From: an uncultured Candidatus Saccharibacteria bacterium
GTDB lineage: Bacteria; Patescibacteriota; Minisyncoccia; 2-02-FULL-40-12
DNA: 38,925 bases
Reading direction: 5' to 3'
NCBI GenBank assembly: GCA_964361105.1
Contig: CAYHZG010000002.1
Span: 1 to 38,925 of the forward strand
Shown: piece after piece, positions 7,240-15,138 of the stretch
Layout: each line of letters starts with the position of its first letter
How positions within the stretch are numbered: position 1 is the stretch's first letter
Notes under the pieces: model-generated
Seen by the model: the letters and a program-made list of their open reading frames with translations, nothing else
Told to the model about the DNA's origin: nothing
Database searches by the model: none
Translations under genes and position numbers: made by a program

Positions 7240-8428
7240 TTTTTTGATTTTTTTTAATCTCCTCTTTTTCGGCCTCTTCCGCCTTCATTTCTTCTTTCGG
7301 CGAACGGACATCTATTTTCCAGCCAACCAATTTTGCGGCCAAACGAACATTCTGACCATGCTTACCAATAGCCAAAGAAAACTGGTCTTCGGCCACTTCT
7401 ACCAGAGCATATTTTTTATTTGGGTCTAAAGTTCTTACATCCAAAACCTTGGCCGGCGACATAGCGTTGGCAATAAATTTTGTCACGTCACCAGACCACT
7501 CGATAATGTCTATCTTCTCTCCGGAAAGCTCATTGATTACAGTCTGGACTCTTATGCCTTTTTGTCCCACCAAAGAACCAATCGGATCAACGCCGACTTG
7601 TTTTGAGAATACCGCAATCTTTGAGCGGGAGCCGGCCTCGCGGCTCACCCCTTTGACCAAAACAGAACCAGCTGAAATTTCAGGAACCTCCAACTCAAAA
7701 AGTTTTTCTAAGAGCTTGGGATGAGAACGAGACAAAACTATCATCGGCCCCTTAGATGTTTCTTCAATAGCCAAAATTAAAATCCTGAATCTCCGGCCAA
7801 CTGAGTAAGTATCTAGGGGGCTTTGTTCAATTGCCGGCAAAAGGCCAAGAGTCCGGCCAATATCCAGATAAACATTCCGGCCTTCTCTTCTTTGGACCAC
7901 TCCAGAAGCCAAAGAACCAATCAGCCGCCGATACTCGTCGGCAATTGACTCTCTTTCTGCCTCGCGAAGCCGTTGAACTACCACCTGTTTAGCTGTTTGA
8001 GCAGCAATCCTTCCAAAATCTTCCCTTGCTTCCAGAGGCAGAATCATTTCATCTCCCGTTTTCAGATTTGGGTCTATTTTTCTCGCTTCTTCCAGAAAAA
8101 TGTGTTTTTCTGAATTAAATTTTATTTTTATTTCTTCTTCATTTTCGGTTCGAGATTGCACCTCTTCTTCGTCCCTTCTTAAAACAAAACCGGTGATATG
8201 ACCCTCTTCGTCAACTCCTTCGACCACGTATTTAATCTGCCAAACCGAAATCCGGCCGCTGACTGGGTCTAATTTAGCTCTGATTATCTGGCCTTTTTTG
8301 CCGTAATCCTTTTTATAGGCCGAAGCAATCGCCGCATCAATAGTATCAATGATCCTTTGTTCACTGATTCCTTTTTCTTCAGCAATCTGCTTTATGGCCG
8401 AGATGAATTGTTTGGTATCGAGTAACAA
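7205..8428 (-). CDS. nusA: Transcription termination/antitermination factor NusA
   Basis: 407 aa with a TTG start. Contains an N-terminal NusA domain, an S1-like region and two KH regions ('GQKGIRVQTVINEL', 'IGKHGQNVRLAAKL'). Confidence 0.9.
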   Translation of the reverse strand: MLLDTKQFISAIKQIAEEKGISEQRIIDTIDAAIASAYKKDYGKKGQIIRAKLDPVSGRISVWQIKYVVEGVDEEGHITGFVLRRDEEEVQSRTENEEEIKIKFNSEKHIFLEEARKIDPNLKTGDEMILPLEAREDFGRIAAQTAKQVVVQRLREAERESIADEYRRLIGSLASGVVQRREGRNVYLDIGRTLGLLPAIEQSPLDTYSVGRRFRILILAIEETSKGPMIVLSRSHPKLLEKLFELEVPEISAGSVLVKGVSREAGSRSKIAVFSKQVGVDPIGSLVGQKGIRVQTVINELSGEKIDIIEWSGDVTKFIANAMSPAKVLDVRTLDPNKKYALVEVAEDQFSLAIGKHGQNVRLAAKLVGWKIDVRSPKEEMKAEEAEKEEIKKNQKNEVPAQENQTL

Positions 8429-8717
8429 CTGACTAAAGACTAAGGACCAAAGCTTTATGACCGATTTTTTAGTCTCTAGACTTTAGTCATTAGTCCATTT
8501 TTAACAAACAAAGCCCGCTTATTAACGGACTGCTTGGGACTTTAGTGTCATCATTTATTATAGTAAACGTAAAAAATTAGTCAAGGGGATAAGTAAAATA
8601 AAAAAGATTTATAAACATTTTATTCACTTTAATAAAGTAATATTTTAGATATGCTCTTTGTAAATTTACTTTTTATGATTCGGCTTTGTCAGTTTTTATG
8701 GTAAAATCAAAGAAACC

Positions 8718-10205
8718 ATGATTACGGCCCCAAAAGAAACGGACTTGGAAAAAAAACTGAAAGAAATGCGGCGACGAGAGCTTAAAGAAAGGGGTATTGA
8801 ACCAAGACCTCCTGGCCCGTCTTCTCAAGAAAAAACCTCAACCAAAGAAACAAAATTGGGAATAATAAAACTTGAGGCTAGCAAATTAAATCAATTTGAA
8901 AAAGAAATTAAGAATCTGACTGACCTTAAAAATAAATTTTCGAAAATAGCCACTACCGAAATACTCGAAGTCCTTTTCGCCGGGACTTTATCTAGCCGGG
9001 CTTCGGATATCCACTTTGAACCAGAAGAAGAAGGGGTTAGATTAAGACTCAGGATAGATGGCGTCCTTCAGGATATCTTTAATCTTGAGAAAAAGGACTA
9101 CCCCTCAGTTTTAAACCGGATTAAACTAATGGCCGGGCTCAAGATTAATGTCCATGATGCACCCCAAGACGGACGATTTACCTTAAAAACGGAAAAGGCA
9201 ATGGAGACCCGGCTACGCAACGGAGACCCGGCTACGCACGGGTCCCTCTCCAAGCCAGGTCCCTCTCCAAACGATATTGAAGTCAGGGTTTCGGCCTTGC
9301 CCGGAGCTTTTGGCGAGAGCCTTGTGATGCGGCTACTTGACCCGAGAACTATAAAAAGAGGTTTGGAAGAGCTTGGGTTAAGAAAAGACCTTTTGGAAGA
9401 AATTGAAAAACAGCTTAAAAAAACAACTGGAGCAATTTTAACTACCGGCCCAACTGGTTCGGGAAAAACTACTACCCTTTACGCTTTTGTAAATTTCGTC
9501 AATAAACCAGGAGTAAAAATCATAACCATCGAAGACCCGATTGAATACCATATTCAAGGCATATCTCAAACCCAGGTTAAACCGGAAAAGGGCTATAGTT
9601 TCGCTAATGGTTTAAGATCTATAGTCAGACAAGATCCGGACGCGATCCTGATCGGCGAAATCAGGGACTCGGAAACAGCCGAAATAGCCATGCATGCAGC
9701 TTTAACCGGCCACCTCGTCTTTTCTACAATGCATACCAATGATGCCGCCGGAGTAATCCCTCGCCTGATTGATATCGGCACCAAACCTCAGATTATCGCC
9801 CCGGCCATAAATTTAGCCATGGCCCAGAGACTAGTAAGAAAACTCTGTCAGAAATGCAAGAAAAAAGTCAGGGCCACACCTGAAGAATTAAAAAAAATAA
9901 AAGTGGTCTTTAAAAATCTGCCTCAAAAAGTCAAAGAACCAAGAGTGACTGACGAAGTTAAGATTTTTGAAGCAGGAGAATGCAACCAATGCAACTTCAC
10001 CGGCTATCAGGACAGAATCGGCATATTTGAAGCATTTGTAATTGACGAGGAGTTAGAGAAACTTATTCTCAAGTCTCCGGCCATAAGCGAAGTCAGGGAC
10101 TTAGCCATAAAAAAGGGTATGGTTACTTTGATTCAAGATGCTTACTTAAAAATTTTGGAGGGAATAACTGATTTTAAAGAAGTGGAAAGAGTTTTGGGCG
10201 AGTAA
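8718..10205 (+). CDS. pilB: Type II/IV secretion / type IV pilus assembly ATPase (GspE/PilB family)
   Basis: 495 aa with Walker A 'GPTGSGKTTT', an Asp box, Walker B 'ILIGEIRD', a His box 'TGHLVFSTMHTND' and a tetracysteine 'CQKC...CNQC'. It carries a 24-codon GC-rich insertion at 9199-9270. Confidence 0.88.
   Translation: MITAPKETDLEKKLKEMRRRELKERGIEPRPPGPSSQEKTSTKETKLGIIKLEASKLNQFEKEIKNLTDLKNKFSKIATTEILEVLFAGTLSSRASDIHFEPEEEGVRLRLRIDGVLQDIFNLEKKDYPSVLNRIKLMAGLKINVHDAPQDGRFTLKTEKAMETRLRNGDPATHGSLSKPGPSPNDIEVRVSALPGAFGESLVMRLLDPRTIKRGLEELGLRKDLLEEIEKQLKKTTGAILTTGPTGSGKTTTLYAFVNFVNKPGVKIITIEDPIEYHIQGISQTQVKPEKGYSFANGLRSIVRQDPDAILIGEIRDSETAEIAMHAALTGHLVFSTMHTNDAAGVIPRLIDIGTKPQIIAPAINLAMAQRLVRKLCQKCKKKVRATPEELKKIKVVFKNLPQKVKEPRVTDEVKIFEAGECNQCNFTGYQDRIGIFEAFVIDEELEKLILKSPAISEVRDLAIKKGMVTLIQDAYLKILEGITDFKEVERVLGE
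9199..9270 (+). repeat. Second copy of the 72-nt GC-rich palindromic element, in-frame in the PilB-like gene
   Basis: Near-identical to 4939-5010 but read one frame over. Here it encodes METRLRNGDPATHGSLSKPGPSPN; in gpmI it encodes NGDPAPQRRPGFARVPLQAGSLSK. Confidence 0.9.
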
Positions 10206-10612
10206 GTCCAGTCGCCCCTATGACTAGCCATGGCTCCCAATAGGGTGCGGACAAAGTCCTCGATCTTGGGAAATGCGAGGGAAGAATAACCCCTAGGAAT
10301 AGCCCAGAAGACGTTAAACGTCTCCAAACTATCCGTAGATTAATTATTCCGGTGTTGGTCTATGGTTTTAAATCAAAGACCAGCTGCCCGCACCCTAGTA
10401 GGAACCACAGTCTGGTCGCCCACAGGAGCAAATCAATTTAGCATTAAGATTTTGAGGCAAATTCTAGGAGCGAGAAATGAGTGTATATAGAATACGTGAT
10501 TTCCGAGCGACAAAGAATTTGGCCAAAATCTTAGATGCCCCCTGAGGGAAGCAAAATTTATTATCCTGTGGACAACCAGACAAAAAACCCGTATTTTGGG
10601 TTTAAATAAATT
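10206..10612 (-). ncRNA. Candidate structured non-coding RNA of unknown class (about 400 nt; ends uncertain)
   Basis: 510-bp gene-free gap with locally elevated GC. Nested long-range helices: 10228-10250/10388-10410, 10410-10426/10565-10581 and 10445-10465/10514-10533. Further hairpins at 10258-10280, 10296-10350, 10307-10325, 10354-10384 and 10536-10553. Most non-Watson-Crick positions are G-U only in the minus-strand reading. A consensus promoter reads into it on the minus strand. Confidence 0.55.
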
Positions 10613-10620
10613 ACATTATA

Positions 10621-10649
10621 ATTATATATTGATAGGATAAAACTGTCAA
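10621..10649 (-). promoter_or_regulatory. Perfect consensus sigma70 promoter on the minus strand
   Basis: Minus strand reads TTGACA (10649-10644), then gttttatcctatcaata (17 nt), then TATAAT (10626-10621). It points into the structured intergenic region, away from ruvB. Confidence 0.7.
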
Positions 10650-10715
10650 GCGAAAATGTAAAGCTTATTTTCTATGGATTAATCAATTATAAACTGTTGA
10701 TTAGCTGTTTATAGA

Positions 10716-11753
10716 TTGCTTTCTATGCCAAACCAGCTATCAGAAAAAAAGAACCCAAAAAGTTTGACTAGAACTCTGCCAGAAGACCAGGTTTTAGATC
10801 AAACCCTAAGGCCGGTCACTTTTAGAGAATTCATTGGTCAAGAAAAAGTAAAAGAAAATCTAAAAGTGATGATTGAAGCAGCCAGAGGAAGAAAAGAGCC
10901 CCTGGAACATATTTTAATCTATGGCCCGTCAGGGCTTGGCAAAACAACTTTGGCCCACATTATTGCTAAAGAATGCGCCGCCAATATAAAAATTACTTCT
11001 GGTGCCGCCTTGGAAAAAGCCGGAGACATTGCCGCCATTTTAACTGGTCTTCAAGATGGAGACGTATTCTTCATTGATGAAGTCCACCGACTCAATAAAC
11101 TAATTGAAGAGGTTCTTTATCCAGCGATGGAGGGCTTTAAATTGGATATTATTATCGGCAAAGGCGCCTCAGCCAAAACAATTCAGATAAATCTTCCCCG
11201 CTTTACCCTCGTGGCCGCGACTACCAGAATCGCCCTCCTTTCTTCTCCTTTCCGATCAAGATTCGGGGTAAATTACCGGCTTGATTTTTATAGCCGTGAA
11301 AATATTGAAAAAATAATTGAGCGGTCGGCCAAAATACTAAATATAAAAATGGAAAGGGGGACCGAAAAAATACTTGCTCAGGCCAGCCGTTACACTCCCA
11401 GAATCGCTAATAAGCTTCTTAAAAGAACCCGAGACCTTGCCCAGGTCAGAGAGGAAAAACTGATTAGCCCAAAAGTGATAAACGAAACCTTATCAATGCT
11501 GGATATTGACGAACTTGGTCTTGAGGCCACAGACCGGAAAATTCTCCGGCTAATCATAGAAAACTTTAATGGCGGGCCAGTCGGGATAAAAACCATTGCC
11601 GCTTCTTTAGCCGAAGAGGAAGAAACAATAGAAGACGTCTTTGAGCCATATCTTATGCAGATTGGCTTTTTAGCCAGGACATCCAAAGGCAGAATTGCGA
11701 CCAAACTTGCTTTTGACCATCTTGGCATTAAAAACCAGACCCAAATTATATGA
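10716..11753 (+). CDS. ruvB: Holliday junction branch migration helicase RuvB
   Basis: Contains Walker A 'GPSGLGKTTLA', Walker B 'VFFIDEVHRL' and the RuvB C-terminal winged helix. The start is TTG 10716 or, more likely, ATG 10725. Confidence 0.92.
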   Translation: MLSMPNQLSEKKNPKSLTRTLPEDQVLDQTLRPVTFREFIGQEKVKENLKVMIEAARGRKEPLEHILIYGPSGLGKTTLAHIIAKECAANIKITSGAALEKAGDIAAILTGLQDGDVFFIDEVHRLNKLIEEVLYPAMEGFKLDIIIGKGASAKTIQINLPRFTLVAATTRIALLSSPFRSRFGVNYRLDFYSRENIEKIIERSAKILNIKMERGTEKILAQASRYTPRIANKLLKRTRDLAQVREEKLISPKVINETLSMLDIDELGLEATDRKILRLIIENFNGGPVGIKTIAASLAEEEETIEDVFEPYLMQIGFLARTSKGRIATKLAFDHLGIKNQTQII

Positions 11754-11995
11754 GTGGCTTGATAACGAACCTGCCTTTGGTCATCTATATCCTTTTCCTA
11801 GCGGGTTATCTGATTAACGCCTTATTCGTTGTTTATCATCTCTTGAAATTCGGATTGGATTATAAAACTAAACTTTTAGCTTTTATCTTTTCTGTCGGTT
11901 TGATTTTATTAATAATTGTTAATTTCCGCCTGTTTTCTAAAATTGAATGGGCTGAACTTATCTATGAATATCTTTCCTTCCCAAAAATCATATGA
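11750..11995 (+). CDS. Small hypothetical membrane protein (2-3 TM)
   Basis: 81-aa hydrophobic ORF that starts in an ATGA overlap with the ruvB stop. Confidence 0.55.
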   Translation: MSGLITNLPLVIYILFLAGYLINALFVVYHLLKFGLDYKTKLLAFIFSVGLILLIIVNFRLFSKIEWAELIYEYLSFPKII

Positions 11996-12506
11996 AAGAG
12001 TAGAACTTTTTTTAAGAAGACACTGGCTCATTTTGTTTTTCATCTATTTCGGGTTCGCGATTTTATTTTTGTTGGGGGTTTCTGGATTTTATTTAGCCAA
12101 TGATTTTTTTAGCCTCAAAGAAAACAATCTTAATCTGGCTAAGTTTTTGTTAAGTTTCTACATCTTATCCATCTGGTATTTCTTTTTTAAAGCTCTAACT
12201 GATTTTTATCTGGATACTTGGATAGTCACCGATCATCGGATTTTGGAAATTCATCAATTGGGACTGTTCAAACGGGATATCTCTGAATTGCGCCTTTCAA
12301 AAATTCAAGATGTCACTGTTAAAGTCGAGGGTCTTTTGCCGACATTTTTTAATTATGGGACGGTGATAATCCAGACGGCTGGAGTGATCCCGGAATTCAA
12401 GTTTGAGCAAATTCCTTACCCTCAACAAGCAAAAGACAGAATCCTTCAATTGTATGACCAGTTCATTAAACAACACCCGGGCGATCAAGAAATACACGAA
12501 TTATGA
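11964..12506 (+). CDS. Membrane protein with a bacterial PH (YdbS/YdbT-like) domain
   Basis: Two TM segments followed by 'WIVTDHRILEIHQLGLFKRDISELRLSKIQDVTVKVEGLLPTFFNYGTVIIQTAG'. ATG 11964 is preferred over the longer track start at 11916. Confidence 0.7.
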   Translation: MNIFPSQKSYERVELFLRRHWLILFFIYFGFAILFLLGVSGFYLANDFFSLKENNLNLAKFLLSFYILSIWYFFFKALTDFYLDTWIVTDHRILEIHQLGLFKRDISELRLSKIQDVTVKVEGLLPTFFNYGTVIIQTAGVIPEFKFEQIPYPQQAKDRILQLYDQFIKQHPGDQEIHEL

Positions 12507-13036
12507 GCGGGCATTCAAAATGGAGCACAATAAAACACAAAAAGGAGCTGACCGATAAAAAACGCGGTCAAGTTTTTAGCAAACTGTCTAAGTTGATTAC
12601 TATTGCGGCCAAAGATGGGCCTGATCCGGAAACCAATTCAAAACTCAAGACAGCAATTGAAAAAGCCAAAGAACTTAATCTGCCCAGCGAAAACATTGAA
12701 AGAGCAATTAAAAGAGCCGGAGAAAAAGACAGGGCCCAATTAGAAACCCTTCTCATTGAAACGATCAGCCCGCTTGGCGTCATTTTGCTGATAGAAGCGA
12801 TCACCGACAATAAAAATAGGACTGTGGCTGAAATAAAAAACATCCTTTCAGAAAACAAATTCAAGATGGTAGGACCCGGAAATCTGCTTTGGCAGTTTGA
12901 TCGGATTGGTCGGGAATTTATCCCGAAAACGACGATTGAAATCAGCGACGAAACAAAGATAAAATTAAAAGCGCTTTTTGAAAAACTGGACGAACACGAT
13001 GACATTGAAGAAATCTATTCAAACGTAACAATATGA
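12503..13036 (+). CDS. yebC: YebC/PmpR-family protein, short form
   Basis: 'MSGHSKWSTIKHKK' and 'DNKNRTVAEIKNIL' match the family. It is 177 aa against a usual length of about 240, and seems to lack the middle subdomain. Confidence 0.85.
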   Translation: MSGHSKWSTIKHKKELTDKKRGQVFSKLSKLITIAAKDGPDPETNSKLKTAIEKAKELNLPSENIERAIKRAGEKDRAQLETLLIETISPLGVILLIEAITDNKNRTVAEIKNILSENKFKMVGPGNLLWQFDRIGREFIPKTTIEISDETKIKLKALFEKLDEHDDIEEIYSNVTI

Positions 13037-13494
13037 CTATTTTGGGCATTGACCCTGGCTCAGCCTTAATCGGCTATGGCGTTGTCAAAAATGAAAAAAG
13101 AAAACTAACTTGCCTCGATTATGGCGTCATCAGAGTTAAGACTAAAGACAGCTCTTTACGCCTTGTTGAAATTAAAAAATTACTAGAAGAACTGTTGTCT
13201 CGGATTAAGCCAGGGCTTGTTGTCATAGAAAGTTTATTTTTTTTCAAAAACAGAAAAACGGCCATTCAAGTATCTCAAACAAGAGGGGTCATAATTTTAA
13301 CTTTAGCTGAAAATAAAATTCCTTTCACGGAAATAGCGCCGCTTGAACTTAAAAAGGCCTTAACCGGCTATGGCCGCTCGTCAAAAGGAAATATCCAAAA
13401 AATGGTTAAACTGATCCTTAACTTAAGAGAAGAACCAAGGCCTGATGATGCGGCCGACGCCCTAGCTTTAGCGATTTTGGGCGCCGGGGCTTGA
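13033..13494 (+). CDS. ruvC: Crossover junction endodeoxyribonuclease RuvC
   Basis: 153 aa with 'ILGIDPGSALIGYGV', 'VVIESLFF' and 'DDAADALALAI'. ATGA overlap with yebC. Confidence 0.9.
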   Translation: MTILGIDPGSALIGYGVVKNEKRKLTCLDYGVIRVKTKDSSLRLVEIKKLLEELLSRIKPGLVVIESLFFFKNRKTAIQVSQTRGVIILTLAENKIPFTEIAPLELKKALTGYGRSSKGNIQKMVKLILNLREEPRPDDAADALALAILGAGA

Positions 13495-13591
13495 CAGACA
13501 TTTTTATATTATTAAAATGGGTGAAACTGTCTAAAACAAGCTAAATAGCTTTCGTGGTCGAAAAGTTCAGAATAATACCGGAATAATAAAA

Positions 13592-13708
13592 ATGGAGATG
13601 GACCTACTAAAATACCTTTTACAGGATGAGGACGAAGACGAAGACAAGAAAGAAGATAAAAAGGAGAAGGAGGACGAAGAAGAGGAAGAAGACGAAAAAG
13701 AAGCGTAA
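13592..13708 (+). CDS. Possible 38-aa highly acidic micro-ORF
   Basis: Encodes MEMDLLKYLLQDEDEDEDKKEDKKEKEDEEEEEDEKEA. It ends 12 nt before a strong terminator hairpin. There is no homology evidence. Confidence 0.3.
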   Translation: MEMDLLKYLLQDEDEDEDKKEDKKEKEDEEEEEDEKEA

Positions 13709-13720
13709 CTTAAGATAAAA

Positions 13721-13740
13721 GCCCCGCGAATTCGCGGGGC
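13721..13740. terminator. Bidirectional intrinsic terminator
   Basis: GCCCCGCG-AATT-CGCGGGGC forms a perfect 8-bp GC stem. It is preceded by an A-run and followed by TTTTAT. It lies between the convergent micro-ORF/ruvC unit and tyrS. Confidence 0.85.
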
Positions 13741-13742
13741 TT

Positions 13743-14939
13743 TTATCTTACTATTTTAACAAACTTCCGGGGACCAATCTGAATAATGTCCCCTTCTGAC
13801 GGCACAAAATTCCATTCTTTTTTTACTTCACCATTAACCTTAACGGCACCTTGATTAATTAACATCTTTGCGGAAGTGGAACTACTCTGCATTACTATTC
13901 CAACAAGTTCGATTAGTTTTCTTTTTTCCACTTCTTCCATTTCGTTTGGATATTCCCTCCTTGAAAAAATTCTATTCCATTCATCTGTTGCTTTTTCTGC
14001 TTCCATCTCCCCGTGGTAAATTTTTACTAACTCAAAAGCGAGTTCTTTCTTAAACTCATAAGGATCGGCTCTTTTCCTATCTTCTATCCATTGCATTGGT
14101 TTTTCTGTACAAAGTTTAAAGACTTTGGAAATCATCTCCCCATCCGGTATAGTTTTCATTACCTTACCGAACATATCCTTTGGTGAGTCGGATAACGATA
14201 TTAAACCACCTTCAGTTTTACTCATCTTTCTTCCTGACTCCTCTTCTACTAACAATTCGGTGGCAAAAACTAATTTATCTTTATTCAATAATTTTTTTTC
14301 TAAATCTCTCCCTATAAGCATATTGAATGTCTGATCATTCCCCCCAACTTCTCCATCAATATCCATAGCTACGGAGTCGTATCCTTGCAAAACCGGATAC
14401 AAGAATTCATGGACCCCAAGTGGATTGCCCTTTTCCTTTCTGTCTCGAAACATACTCCTGGCTTCTAACTGATAGACACTTAGGTTACCAGCAATATTCA
14501 TAAAATCCTTCAATGACATTTTGGCCAGCCAAGAGCTATTATGTTTAACCTCGAAAGATTTTTTAGGGAGAATCTTATGAACTTGATCGAAGTAATTATT
14601 CATATTGTCTTTTATTTCCTTGTCAGAAAGGGGCTTCCGAGTAGTATCCTTTCCTGTAGGATCTCCTATTGCTGCAGTAAAATCTCCAATAACCAGGACC
14701 GGGGTATGGCCTAACTTTAACTCCAATAATTGCTTAAGGAATAATAGCGGGATAGTGTGGCCAAGATGAAGACTTGGTCCGGTAGGATCTATACCCAAAT
14801 ATATTCTTAACCTTTCTTCTTTCAACCTTTTTTCGGCTTCCTCTCGAGATGGCCAAATATTCTCTCTGCCTTCAAAGTTTCCTATCCTTCGGGTTAGTAA
14901 TTCTTCCACTTTTAGATTATCGACTATGATTCTGGACAT
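13743..14939 (-). CDS. tyrS: Tyrosyl-tRNA synthetase
   Basis: 398 aa with class I motifs 'HLGH' and 'KMSKT', 'IGDFTAAIGDPTGK', and a C-terminal S4-like domain. Confidence 0.88.
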   Translation of the reverse strand: MSRIIVDNLKVEELLTRRIGNFEGRENIWPSREEAEKRLKEERLRIYLGIDPTGPSLHLGHTIPLLFLKQLLELKLGHTPVLVIGDFTAAIGDPTGKDTTRKPLSDKEIKDNMNNYFDQVHKILPKKSFEVKHNSSWLAKMSLKDFMNIAGNLSVYQLEARSMFRDRKEKGNPLGVHEFLYPVLQGYDSVAMDIDGEVGGNDQTFNMLIGRDLEKKLLNKDKLVFATELLVEEESGRKMSKTEGGLISLSDSPKDMFGKVMKTIPDGEMISKVFKLCTEKPMQWIEDRKRADPYEFKKELAFELVKIYHGEMEAEKATDEWNRIFSRREYPNEMEEVEKRKLIELVGIVMQSSSTSAKMLINQGAVKVNGEVKKEWNFVPSEGDIIQIGPRKFVKIVR

Positions 14940-15020
14940 TGCTTTTATAATAACTTTTTATTTGAATTTTGAGAATTTGGACAAAAATATCAATTTATGG
15001 CAGAATATCAAAACATGAAT

Positions 15021-15138
15021 CCCGTTAGAGACAAAATAAACGTCAATATAAAATAGTGGTGACAAAATCTCTTAACGGGATAAATCAATAACATAATTTG
15101 GCACGGTTGCGGCTTGGCCGCAACCTGTCTCTAACGGG
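15021..15138 (+). repeat. TIR element abutting the PBP1A start codon (divergent, composite copy)
   Basis: CCCGTTAGAGAC (15021-15032) and GTCTCTAACGGG (15127-15138) are 12/12 complementary. An internal half-site TCTCTTAACGGG lies at 15068-15079. A GC hairpin GGTTGCGGC-TTG-GCCGCAACC lies at 15105-15125. The element is flanked by ATGAAT on the left and ATGAAA on the right. Confidence 0.75.

Noticed and set aside
8431-8488. An imperfect hairpin built from GACTAAAG/CTTTAGTC and AGACTA/TAGTCT repeats in the nusA leader, as a possible autoregulatory structure.
   Set aside because: The pairing is AT-rich and short, with no second copy or comparative support in the window. It is too weak to call as a feature.
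10142-10327. A 61-aa minus-strand ORF reaching from the structured region into the 3' end of the PilB-like gene.
   Set aside because: It overlaps the PilB-like coding sequence antisense, and the rest lies in helices of the candidate RNA. It is more likely non-coding.
10206-10612. Assignment of the structured intergenic RNA to RNase P RNA, tmRNA, SRP RNA, 6S RNA or a T-box leader.
   Set aside because: ACAAAGTCC and AATAGGGTG loosely resemble the RNase P CR-I and T-box motifs, but their order and context are wrong. There are no tRNA-like ends, T loop or CCA for tmRNA. There is no GNRA-capped GGAAGCAG helix for SRP. The fold is multi-branched rather than a 6S-type rod. The downstream gene is ruvB, not an aminoacyl-tRNA synthetase.
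12568-13005. Long antisense ORFs inside annotated genes: 12568-13005, 11390-11728, 26524-26937, 28670-28933, 28882-29196, 36220-36582, 6371-7162, 7214-7724 and the plus-strand ORFs within 29469-34284.
   Set aside because: Each is fully embedded antisense in a longer ORF with clear homology or operon context. Their translations are low-complexity (Ser/Phe/Leu/Ile-rich or Pro/Gly-rich) mirror images of the sense gene.
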